From Bacteroidota bacterium (GTDB lineage: Bacteria > Bacteroidota > Bacteroidia > Sphingobacteriales > Sphingobacteriaceae): a stretch of 35,401 nt of DNA. The stretch spans positions 1 through 35,401 of the forward strand of contig JANYAB010000746.1 in NCBI GenBank assembly GCA_025355225.1. The letters run 5' to 3'. Each line of letters starts with the position of its first letter. Position 1 is the stretch's first letter. Shown piece after piece: positions 27,215-35,401 of this stretch. A program made the position numbers and the translations under genes. The notes under the pieces were generated by a model. It was not told where the DNA came from. It worked only from the letters and a program-made list of their open reading frames with translations, and did not search any database.

Positions 27215-28380
27215 TGCAATCATCAGGAATGCCAAATAAAAACTTTCCATCCAGGGCGCCGCGACGTTCCGCAATAATCATTGGCGCTGGTATTGTTGGT
27301 CTTGCAATGGCCCGTGCACTGGCAATACGGGGTTATAAGGTTACAGTTTTTGAACGCAACGAACGTGCTGTTGGTGCATCCATCCGAAATTTTGGTATGA
27401 TATGGCCCATTGGGCAAGCTACAGGGCCGCTTTTTGAAAGGGCAATTCTGTCGCGAAGTATTTGGAAAGAAATTTGCGCCGAAGCCAATATTTGGCATAA
27501 CGAAGTTGGCTCACTTCATTTGGCTTACCATGATGATGAATTGCAGGTGATAGCCGAATATGTTCAGGCTAACCGGATGCACCGCGATTGCGCGTTGCTT
27601 ACCCCTTTGCAAACTTTAGTAAAATCTCCCGCTGTTAACCCGGATAACCTGAAAGGGGCATTATGGAGCAGCGAGGAAATGATCGTAGAATCGAGGGTAG
27701 CAATAGGGGAGATAGCCAAATATTTAGCTGAAAAATACAATGTCGAATTTCATTGGAACACAGCCATCAGCCAGATACAATACCCCAAAGCGATGTCAGG
27801 TAAACGTAGTTGGGAAGCCGATGAAATATTTGTTTGCAGCGGGGCGGATTTTGAAACACTTTATCCGGAATTATTTTTAGAAACCAGCATTACCAAATGC
27901 AAATTGCAAATGATGAGGCTGGTTGCCCAGCCTGACGGGTGGCGTATTGGTCCGTCATTATGCGGCGGTTTGTCAATGATTCATTATCCGGGCTTTCAGT
28001 CGGCAGCTTCTTTATCTTTGTTAAAGAAACGTTACAAAGAACAATATGGCGAATACCTGGAATGGGGCATACATGTAATGGTTTCGCAAAACGGATCTGG
28101 CGAGCTAACCGTTGGCGATTCGCACGAATACGGTTTGGTACACGATCCATTTGATAAAGAATTTATTAATAATTTAATAACAACCTACTTACATAGTTTC
28201 GCCAGTTTTAAAGATTGGCGGCTACTACAGTCCTGGAACGGAATATATCCTAAAATGATGAATGGACAAACGGAACTGATCATTGAAACAGAGCCCGGCG
28301 TAACCGTTATAAACGGCCTTGGTGGTAATGGGATGACCTTATCATTTGGATTGTGTGAGCAGTTTATAGAAGGCAGGTGA
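27214..28380 (+). CDS. DAO-family FAD-dependent oxidoreductase (TIGR03364-like, phosphonate-cluster associated)
   Basis: GAGIVG FAD motif, GASIRNFG, CKLQMM, GDSHEY, GGNGMTLSFG; TAATG overlap with the upstream gene. Confidence 0.85.
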   Translation: MQSSGMPNKNFPSRAPRRSAIIIGAGIVGLAMARALAIRGYKVTVFERNERAVGASIRNFGMIWPIGQATGPLFERAILSRSIWKEICAEANIWHNEVGSLHLAYHDDELQVIAEYVQANRMHRDCALLTPLQTLVKSPAVNPDNLKGALWSSEEMIVESRVAIGEIAKYLAEKYNVEFHWNTAISQIQYPKAMSGKRSWEADEIFVCSGADFETLYPELFLETSITKCKLQMMRLVAQPDGWRIGPSLCGGLSMIHYPGFQSAASLSLLKKRYKEQYGEYLEWGIHVMVSQNGSGELTVGDSHEYGLVHDPFDKEFINNLITTYLHSFASFKDWRLLQSWNGIYPKMMNGQTELIIETEPGVTVINGLGGNGMTLSFGLCEQFIEGR

Positions 28381-28382
28381 GG

Positions 28383-28493
28383 TTGTACGTTGTAAGTTCT
28401 ACGTTTTACGTACTTGCAATTTACGACAAAGCAATAAATATCAGGCGCTATTTTCTGACGCTTACTTATAACGTAAAACGTATAACTTACAAC
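28383..28493. repeat. Heptamer tandem inverted-repeat element
   Basis: ttgtacg-ttgtaag-ttctacg-ttttacg and cttataa-cgtaaaa-cgtataa-cttacaa; 28389-28411 vs 28471-28493 complementary at 22/23 nt. Confidence 0.8.
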
Positions 28494-28500
28494 TAGTAAA

Positions 28501-31071
28501 ATGACCGATTCCCGCAGAGATTTTTTAAAGAAAGCAGCTTTATTAGCAGGTGCAACAAGTTTGGCAAATGTAATGCCGGCTTCCATTCAAAAAGCGCTGG
28601 CAATTAACGCCCCTGAAGGTAGTACCTACCTCGATGCCGAACATATTGTGATATTAATGCAGGAAAATCGCTCATTTGATCATTGTTTTGGTACGTTGAA
28701 GGGTGTTCGCGGCTTTAATGACCCGCGAGCTATTGATTTACCGAATAGAAATAAAGTTTGGCTGCAATCGAACAAGGCAGGCGAAACGTATGCGCCTTTT
28801 CACCTCGACATAAAAAACACCAAAGCTACGTGGATGGATTCATTACCCCATTCCTGGGCCAACCAGGTAAATGCACGCAACGATGGCAAATTCGATCAAT
28901 GGTTGGAAAATAAGCGAAACAGTAATCCCGGATACGCTGATATGCCTTTAACACTAGGTTATTATAATCGCGAAGATATTCCCTTTTACTATACACTTGC
29001 CGATGCTTTTACGGTATGTGATCAGAATTTTTGTTCTGCTTTGACAGGCACCAATCCCAATCGACTTTATTTTTGGACTGGCACCATAAGGGAAGAGCAG
29101 ATCGAAAACTCCCGCGCCAATGTGTGGAATGATGATATGGACTATGGTACTTTGAAATGGGCCACTTTCCCGGAGCGGCTCGAAGATCAGGGCATATCAT
29201 GGAAATGCTACCAAAATGAAGTTGCGATAGACACTGGTTTTGAGGGTGAAGAAGATCCCTGGTTATCCAATTTCCAGGACAATCCATTAGAGTTTTTTGA
29301 ACAGTACAATATCCACTTGCACGAAAAACATATCCAGGCAATGGAAAAAAGATCCGCCGAATTGCCTGGTAAAATAGACGAATTGCAAAAAAAGATTGAT
29401 TCACTGCCGGCAGGTGATGCCCATATCGATCACTTAAAACATCAATTGAAAGGGTTACAGCACTATCTTGAAGCTGTAAAAAAGGAAAAGGACACCTATA
29501 AGCCCGGTCAGTTTGAAAAATTATCAAATCGTGATAAGAGTTTGCATTTAAAGGCATTTAACACGAATTTGAATGATCCGGATCATAGGCAGCTTACTAC
29601 TTTGACTTATGATGATGACGGCACAAAGCGCGAGGTACAAGTACCAAAAGGGGATGTGCTGCACCAGTTCAGGGTCGATGTGAAAACCGGGAAATTACCA
29701 ACCGTATCATGGCTTACCGCACCTGAGAATTTTAGCGACCATCCAAGTTCAGCCTGGTATGGCGCCTGGTACGTATCTGAAGTGATGGATATTCTTACCC
29801 AAAACCCGGAGGTATGGAAAAAAACCATCTTTATTCTTACCTATGACGAAAATGATGGTTATTTTGATCATGTACCACCTTTTGTTGCGCCCAACTCACA
29901 TAAAATTGGCACCGGTGCTGTTTCAAAAGGCATAGATACCCGAGTTGAATTTGTAACTCTTGATCAGGAAAAAGAAAGAAAAGGCTTCCCGGAAAAATAT
30001 GACCGTGAAAGCGCTATTGGTTTAGGCTTTCGGGTGCCAATGGTTATTGCCTCGCCCTGGAGCAAAGGAGGCTGGGTGAATTCGGAAATTTTCGATCATA
30101 CCTCAACTTTGCAGTTTTTAGAAGAATTTCTATCCAAAAAAACCGGGAAAAAGGTTCAGGAACCAAACATCAGCGATTGGAGGCGCACCGTTTGTGGCAA
30201 CCTTACTTCGGTGTTCAGGCCTTATAAAGGGGAAGATATAGCAGCCCCCGAATTTGTAAAGAAGGATGCTTTTATGGAGAGTATACATAAAGCAAAATTC
30301 AAAAAACTACCCACTGATTTTAAGCTGCTGACCAAAGAAGAAATTGATCAGATCAATCGTGATCCTCATTCCTCGCAATATATGCCGCAACAGGAAAATG
30401 GCATACGGCAATCATGCGCTTTACCTTACGAACTATATGTGGACGGCCAATTAAACGTCGCTAAAACGGCTTTTGAAATAAAATTTAAAGCAGACAATAA
30501 AGTTTTTGGCGATAAGGCATCAGGTGCCCCTTTTAATGTTTATGCACCTGGTGGTTACCTTCAGCAAAAGGAAAGCGAGCATCAGGCTTTTGAAAATGTA
30601 CGCACATGGGCTTACGGGTTAATGGCGGGCGACACGTTGACCGATAACTGGCCCATCCACGAGTTTGAAGATAGTAATTATCATTTGAGGGTTTACGGGC
30701 CGAACGGATTTTTCCGCGAATTTAAGGGCAATGCGGCTGACCCCGCTTTCGATACTATTTTTGATTACCAACATAATATTGCAAAAAGCAATACATTCAC
30801 AGGTAATGTGGAGATAAAACTAAGGAACTTAAGCAGCCAACCACATTCGATTGAAATAATTGACCATGCCTATAAAAGCAACAACCAAAAAAGGACATTG
30901 ACAGCCTCAGCCACAGTCAATTTGGTTTTAAACCTCGAAAAAAGCTATGGCTGGTATGATTTTAGCATTAAAGTCGCTGGAAATAATTCATTTGAGAAGA
31001 GGTATGCCGGACGTGTGGAAACCGGCAAATCCAGCTTTAGCGATCCGTTTATGGGTAAGGTGATTATTTAA
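28501..31071 (+). CDS. plc: Tat-exported phospholipase C (PlcH/PlcN phosphoesterase family)
   Basis: SRRDFLK Tat signal; MQENRSFDH, TGTNPNR nucleophile Thr, SDHP, YDENDGYFDHV, GFRVP, FDHTS; C-terminal DUF756-like YGPNGFFR and GWYDF. Confidence 0.93.
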   Translation: MTDSRRDFLKKAALLAGATSLANVMPASIQKALAINAPEGSTYLDAEHIVILMQENRSFDHCFGTLKGVRGFNDPRAIDLPNRNKVWLQSNKAGETYAPFHLDIKNTKATWMDSLPHSWANQVNARNDGKFDQWLENKRNSNPGYADMPLTLGYYNREDIPFYYTLADAFTVCDQNFCSALTGTNPNRLYFWTGTIREEQIENSRANVWNDDMDYGTLKWATFPERLEDQGISWKCYQNEVAIDTGFEGEEDPWLSNFQDNPLEFFEQYNIHLHEKHIQAMEKRSAELPGKIDELQKKIDSLPAGDAHIDHLKHQLKGLQHYLEAVKKEKDTYKPGQFEKLSNRDKSLHLKAFNTNLNDPDHRQLTTLTYDDDGTKREVQVPKGDVLHQFRVDVKTGKLPTVSWLTAPENFSDHPSSAWYGAWYVSEVMDILTQNPEVWKKTIFILTYDENDGYFDHVPPFVAPNSHKIGTGAVSKGIDTRVEFVTLDQEKERKGFPEKYDRESAIGLGFRVPMVIASPWSKGGWVNSEIFDHTSTLQFLEEFLSKKTGKKVQEPNISDWRRTVCGNLTSVFRPYKGEDIAAPEFVKKDAFMESIHKAKFKKLPTDFKLLTKEEIDQINRDPHSSQYMPQQENGIRQSCALPYELYVDGQLNVAKTAFEIKFKADNKVFGDKASGAPFNVYAPGGYLQQKESEHQAFENVRTWAYGLMAGDTLTDNWPIHEFEDSNYHLRVYGPNGFFREFKGNAADPAFDTIFDYQHNIAKSNTFTGNVEIKLRNLSSQPHSIEIIDHAYKSNNQKRTLTASATVNLVLNLEKSYGWYDFSIKVAGNNSFEKRYAGRVETGKSSFSDPFMGKVII

Positions 31072-31088
31072 AAATAACGAAAACATTG

Positions 31089-31121
31089 AGCAAAGCCGGT
31101 TTAATTAAATGGCTTTGCTTA
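31089..31121. terminator. Probable bidirectional terminator
   Basis: agcaaagcc / ggctttgct inverted repeat between convergent genes. Confidence 0.6.
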
Positions 31122-31172
31122 TTTGAACCAGCAGCGCTCCTATTGAATCGGAGGCCCGCTTCTGAATTTTGC

Positions 31173-31457
31173 TTATTTCGTTACAGTTGCTTTGGGACTC
31201 TTTTTTGGAGGATTGGTAACAGGGGCTTTTTTAGCCACTTTAGTTTCGGGCACGGCTACCGGAGCGGCCTCTTCTTCAATTTTAATTTCCCTGGAGATCT
31301 TTTTAGCTAATTTTTTAGCGCCTTTGCTAATCTCCTTTTCTAATTTTGCGGAAGCGTCGCCGAACTTGCTGGTTAAGCTTTTTAGTTCCTTTATCAGACT
31401 TGATTTGATATCGTCTTTAACTGTTTTTTTTACGGATTTAACGTTGGTTTTTTTCAT
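31173..31457 (-). CDS. Small Lys/Ala-rich basic hypothetical protein
   Basis: MKKTNVKSVKK...; helical N-half and low-complexity PAK-rich tail; start moved to ATG 31457. Confidence 0.65.
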   Translation of the reverse strand: MKKTNVKSVKKTVKDDIKSSLIKELKSLTSKFGDASAKLEKEISKGAKKLAKKISREIKIEEEAAPVAVPETKVAKKAPVTNPPKKSPKATVTK

Positions 31458-31966
31458 GAAGTGGCAATTTTTCACAAACCTATGTTATTTTAAGATAAAT
31501 TCAATGTTATCATTATGTTAACATATATTGTAATATTAACTAATCCATAAAATATTAAAATATTTTTTTATTTCATCGTCATTCACAAATATTTGTAATT
31601 GTTTGAACTCCAATTAACTTGTTTATATTTTGAGCATTACTAAAAATATTATTTAATAAATGTCTAATAAATATTTACTTGTCGGTATTTTTTTCTGCGC
31701 CGGGTTTAACAATTGAATAATTCAGAGTGAAAACCCCGACTTTCATGCGTCTGTGCTGCAAGAGTAGTTTAGTTAATAAGCTACACAAATTCCATTAAAC
31801 TGATCATAACTGGCTGATATATTTAATTTTAGGATTAATATAGTTTCTGTAACTGAATTTATTTTAATTTTAAATTAAAATAAAAGACTGCAATACAGAG
31901 CGATATGCAGGTTATCTGAAAACGCATTCGTTTTCGGGCACTTGCTTTGCAAGTGTGACAAGTACA

Positions 31967-32527
31967 ATGCAGCTTTTTATAAAAAACATGGTATGCACCA
32001 GGTGCAAAATGGTGCTTAGATTCGAATTAGAAAAACTCGGACTTCATTGCACATCAATCGAGTTAGGCAGAGCCGAAACTGAGGAAATTGTTTCCACTGA
32101 ACAGATCGAAAAAATTAAGATCGCTTTACTTCAATCCGGATTAGAGTTAATAGATAACAAGAAAAGTATCCTGATAGAAAAAATTAAACATGTCATCATT
32201 GAGATGGTCAACGGTTCTGATGAGCGGTTAAAGACAAATTTTTCATATTATCTGGCAATAAAATTAAATCACGACTATACTTATCTTGCTAATATATTTT
32301 CGGAAGTATCAGGCATAACCATTGGACACTTTATCATCCTGCATAAAATCCAAAGGGTAAAACAGCTCATCGGATACGACGAACTCAATCTTACAGAGAT
32401 TTCATGGAAGCTGCACTACAGCAGCGTGGCGCATTTATCTTCCCAATTTAAAAAGGTTACCGGTGTAACCCCCTCCCGCTTTAAGCAACTCGAACACAGA
32501 GGCCTGATGGCCCTTGAGAATGTGTGA
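31967..32527 (+). CDS. AraC-family regulator with N-terminal CxxC (KNMVCTRC) domain
   Basis: IKNMVCTRC; YTYLANIFS, LNLTEIS...YSSVAHLSSQFKKVTGVTPS AraC HTH; start ATG 31967 (or GTG 31955). Confidence 0.9.
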   Translation: MQLFIKNMVCTRCKMVLRFELEKLGLHCTSIELGRAETEEIVSTEQIEKIKIALLQSGLELIDNKKSILIEKIKHVIIEMVNGSDERLKTNFSYYLAIKLNHDYTYLANIFSEVSGITIGHFIILHKIQRVKQLIGYDELNLTEISWKLHYSSVAHLSSQFKKVTGVTPSRFKQLEHRGLMALENV

Positions 32528-32587
32528 ATTATATAACTTATTTAAAAAAATGTGTAACGTACCGGCCCCGGGTATGGGGTAGGTTTG
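32527..32587 (+). promoter_or_regulatory. Promoter with 21-bp-spaced direct repeats and -7 TAGGTTTG
   Basis: AATTATATAAC 32527-32537 and AAATGTGTAAC 32548-32558; exact TAnnTTTG at 32580-32587. Confidence 0.55.
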
Positions 32588-32657
32588 TATTGCCCGAATT
32601 CTTGTCAATAAAGAGTAAGGAAGTTTAAACATTTACCATTCATCTAAAAAAACTACT

Positions 32658-34535
32658 ATGAAAAAAAAATTTACTTTGACCAGGTATAATTCTTTGGTGC
32701 GTCAAAGTTGGGACAATTCTAAAATATTCAATACCGCCCTGTCCCTGGTATTGCTGTTGGTCATCTTCGCTACGGGATGTAAAAAGGATAATTTCACAGG
32801 AGAGGTCAAAGGGGTCTGCCCTGTAGTTGCAACCGATCCATTGGATAAAGCTGTAGATGTCGCCCTTGACAAGGTAATTTCGGTAACCTTCAATACCGCC
32901 ATGAATCCGGCAACTATCAATAATTCTACTCTTATTATTAAGCAAGGCGCAACAACGGTTGCCGGAACAATTTCTCCAACGCCTAATGCTGCTGTCTTTA
33001 CTTTCACGCCAACCGCAGCACTGCTGCCATTTGCTGTTTATACTGGCACTGTCACAACTGGAGCTAAGGATTCATTTGGCAGCGCCATGGTTGCTAATTA
33101 TGTATGGACCTTCACAACTATTCCACAAGTAACATTGACCTCACTCCCTGCCTTAGGAGGAACAACAGTTGGGGCAGGTACATATGCCCAGAGTTCGGTA
33201 GCTGCAGTAAGTGCAGTACCCAATGCAGGTTTTGCATTCGTTAATTTTACAAATAATGGAACTGTGGTTTCAACAAGTTCCAGCTACCAGTTTACTATGG
33301 CCGGCAATACAGCTTTAGTAGCGAATTTTGCACCGGTAGCTGCCGGGAATTTTGCGGTAGCGCTATCATCAAGTCCCATCGCTGGCGGAACAACTACCGG
33401 CTCAGGTTCTTATGCTGCGGGCACTTCGGTAACTGTAACAGCAACGCCAAGTGCGGGATATACTTTCACCAATTGGACAGATAACGGGGTTATCGCATCT
33501 GTAAGTTCGAGTTACAAGTTTACTTTAGCTGCCAATCGTGTCTTGGTTGCTAATTTCAAAATTATACCGGCATCTCAGTTTGGTGTTATATTATCATCAA
33601 GTCCTGCAGCCGGTGGCACAACAACCGGATCAGGCGCATACAATGCGGGTGCTTCTGTAACCGTATCAGCATTGCCAAATCCTGGCTATACATTTACCAA
33701 TTGGACAGACAATGGAGTTGTAGCGTCAACGAGTGCAAGTTATACGTTCAATTTAACCGCTAACAGAACGCTGGTTGCGAATTTCGCCTTGATACCGCTG
33801 CCTCCAACCTTAGGGACAGTCGCCCTTTTTGGAGCTTTTGGTGGTAACGCCGGAGTAACTAACCAGGGGATAAATACGGTAATTAATAATGGAGGAATTG
33901 GTAGCACTGCCGCTTCTACCCTAATTACAGGATTCCATGACGGACTAACAAATGATATTTACACAGAGACACCTCTCAATGTGGGATTGGTAACCGGCGG
34001 CATCTACACAGCTCCTCCTTTTCCAGGAACTGCGACTTCATTTGCCAAGGCATCACAAGCCCTTCTTGATGCGACGGTACTGTATAATAGTATTTCACCG
34101 GCTTCAAAACCAGGTGGCACCGATCCGGGTGCTGGCGAACTGGGCGGCTTAACATTAGCTCCGGGCGTCTACAAAGCAGCAAGCGGAACTTTTAAAATAA
34201 CAAACGGCAATCTTACACTTGATGCCCAGGGTGATCCAAACGCTGTTTGGATATTCCAGACCGCAGCAGGGCTGACAGTTGGAACCGCAGGACCAGCTGG
34301 CGCACGCAGTATCATCATGATAAACGGTGCCTTGCCTAAGAATGTATTTTGGTACGTAGGCAGTTCTGCAACCATTAACGGAGCAGGCGGCGGCATAATG
34401 GTAGGAACCATAGTTGCTACTGCCGGAGTGACGTTGTCTACCGCAGGAAACGCTGTTCAAACGGTGCTGAATGGCAGAGCTATTTCGCTGGTTGCCTCGG
34501 TTACCATGGTAAACACTACGGTTAATGTGCCTTAA
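32658..34535 (+). CDS. Surface lipoprotein: Ig-like (Big_5) domain, 3 InlB-B-like repeats, DUF3494 ice-binding-like domain
   Basis: Lipobox ATGC-KKD; ISVTFNTAMNPATIN...YVWTFTT; DUF3494 motifs LGGLTLAPGVY, LTLDAQGDPNAVWIFQ, PKNVFWYVGSSATI, LNGRAI. Confidence 0.9.
   Translation: MKKKFTLTRYNSLVRQSWDNSKIFNTALSLVLLLVIFATGCKKDNFTGEVKGVCPVVATDPLDKAVDVALDKVISVTFNTAMNPATINNSTLIIKQGATTVAGTISPTPNAAVFTFTPTAALLPFAVYTGTVTTGAKDSFGSAMVANYVWTFTTIPQVTLTSLPALGGTTVGAGTYAQSSVAAVSAVPNAGFAFVNFTNNGTVVSTSSSYQFTMAGNTALVANFAPVAAGNFAVALSSSPIAGGTTTGSGSYAAGTSVTVTATPSAGYTFTNWTDNGVIASVSSSYKFTLAANRVLVANFKIIPASQFGVILSSSPAAGGTTTGSGAYNAGASVTVSALPNPGYTFTNWTDNGVVASTSASYTFNLTANRTLVANFALIPLPPTLGTVALFGAFGGNAGVTNQGINTVINNGGIGSTAASTLITGFHDGLTNDIYTETPLNVGLVTGGIYTAPPFPGTATSFAKASQALLDATVLYNSISPASKPGGTDPGAGELGGLTLAPGVYKAASGTFKITNGNLTLDAQGDPNAVWIFQTAAGLTVGTAGPAGARSIIMINGALPKNVFWYVGSSATINGAGGGIMVGTIVATAGVTLSTAGNAVQTVLNGRAISLVASVTMVNTTVNVP
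33123..33785 (+). repeat. Three ~76-aa intragenic domain repeats (228-nt period)
   Basis: Each unit P.AGGTT.G.G.Y...V.A.P..G(F/Y).F.N(W/F)T.NG...S..Y.F....N..LVANF; units end at 33329, 33557 and 33785. Confidence 0.85.
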
Positions 34536-34569
34536 CAGGCCTAAGATTGTGGTTTAAAACCCATCAAAT

Positions 34570-34606
34570 ATCCTCCGCTCCAGGAAAATCCGGAGCGGAG
34601 GATTTA
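34570..34606 (+). terminator. Strong hairpin between the ice-binding gene and the beta-barrel gene
   Basis: atcctccgctcc / ggagcggaggat 12-bp stem, short T tract. Confidence 0.65.
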
Positions 34607-34650
34607 CAAAAAATAAACAAACAGAAAATTAATTTTAAAGAAGATACATC

Positions 34651-35401
34651 ATGTTACCTAAAAATAAGTTAATGCAAAAAATCATCATCTGTTCAATGGT
34701 GATATTCTTTGCTCACGCCACTGTCCAGGCGCAGACCACACAGCCAACCTGGTGGTTTGGCGTATCCGGTGCGGCAAATTTTAATTTCTACGATGGGACA
34801 ACCCAAAAGCTCGACAATTCATTGCTTGTTCCAACTGCCTTTCATAAAGGTAATGGGGTACGCCCTTACGGTTCTGTCCTGGTTGAATATCGTCCGGGAC
34901 GGATATGGGGATTTATGCTGAATGTAGGATATGACGGCCGCGGGGCAAAATTTGACAACGTGGTAGCGCCATGCGACTGCCCCGCCACATTAAAAACAGA
35001 CTTGAGTTATATTGCAATTGAACCCAGTTTGCGTTTAGGTTTTAACGCCATAGGTTTGTACTTTTTCGCAGGTCCACGGGTCGCTCTTGGTTTACAGAAG
35101 GATTACTCCTACACGCAGCTAAGACAGCCGAACACCAACAGTCAGTTTAGCGATATGCATAGCACATTGATCTCTGGCCAGGTGGGTATGGGTTATGATA
35201 TTCCAATTTCTTCGGCCACCAGTACCACAAAGATTACTCTTTCACCGTTCGTTTCCTATCACCCATATTTTGGCCAGGAACCACGTACTATAGAAAGTTT
35301 ATCGGTATCAACCGTGAGAATAGGTATGGCCCTTAAGTTTGGAAAAGGTAAAAAAGCGCCCGTAAAAGAAGCGCCTGTGGCAGCAGTTGTTGCTGTGGTG
35401 C
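34651..35401 (+). CDS. Outer-membrane beta-barrel protein (possibly OmpA-family), runs off the window end; absent from the ORF track
   Basis: Hand translation MLPKNKLMQKIIICSMVIFFAHATVQAQTTQPTWWFGVSGAANFNFY...APCDCP...YFFAGP...GQVGMGYDIP...RIGMALKFGKGKKAPVKEAP; signal peptide, amphipathic strands, Pro/Ala linker, no stop. Confidence 0.8.
   Translation, partial: MLPKNKLMQKIIICSMVIFFAHATVQAQTTQPTWWFGVSGAANFNFYDGTTQKLDNSLLVPTAFHKGNGVRPYGSVLVEYRPGRIWGFMLNVGYDGRGAKFDNVVAPCDCPATLKTDLSYIAIEPSLRLGFNAIGLYFFAGPRVALGLQKDYSYTQLRQPNTNSQFSDMHSTLISGQVGMGYDIPISSATSTTKITLSPFVSYHPYFGQEPRTIESLSVSTVRIGMALKFGKGKKAPVKEAPVAAVVAVV

Noticed and set aside
17114-28493. Short repeat clusters as a possible CRISPR array
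   Set aside because: Units are 7-9 nt, degenerate and inverted, with no constant repeat/unique spacer pattern and no cas genes
29009-29557. 182-aa antisense ORF, and other ORFs nested within long genes (e.g. 26152-26595, 9522-9911, 31192-31521)
   Set aside because: Fully overlap well-supported genes and show no family motifs
34709-34921. 70-aa ORF in the track
   Set aside because: Out-of-frame shadow of the real, window-truncated beta-barrel gene starting at 34651

Overview
Bacteroidota chromosomal window; gene content and TAnnTTTG-type promoters suggest Sphingobacteriaceae/Mucilaginibacter-like (inference). No rRNA, tRNA, CRISPR array or transposase was seen. The left part holds mixed genes: PD40 propeller protein, DoxX-like protein, AgaI-like isomerase, alpha/beta hydrolase, a propeller/Y_Y_Y sensor kinase with a NarL-type regulator and a secreted unknown protein, GMC oxidoreductase with GH3 BglX, a cold-shock pair and a fatty acid desaturase. 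The main feature is a ~15 kb locus (16.2-31.1 kb) organised like a polysaccharide utilisation locus but aimed at phosphorus. It has SusC/SusD, an alkaline-phosphatase-superfamily enzyme, a Tat metallophosphoesterase, PhnZ, an XRE-cupin regulator, a PhnX-like phosphonatase, a DUF5690-like membrane protein, an FAD amine oxidoreductase and a Tat phospholipase C. Both arms share a near-identical 24-bp promoter containing the palindrome TAAACTWAGTTTA. I propose it is a co-regulated phosphonolipid/aminophosphonate scavenging system. The right end has an AraC regulator, a multi-domain DUF3494 ice-binding-type lipoprotein and a truncated outer-membrane beta-barrel gene. Several intergenic palindromes built of short tandem units and a 50-aa ORF absent from the ORF track were also found. 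All family calls come from motif recognition, not database searches.
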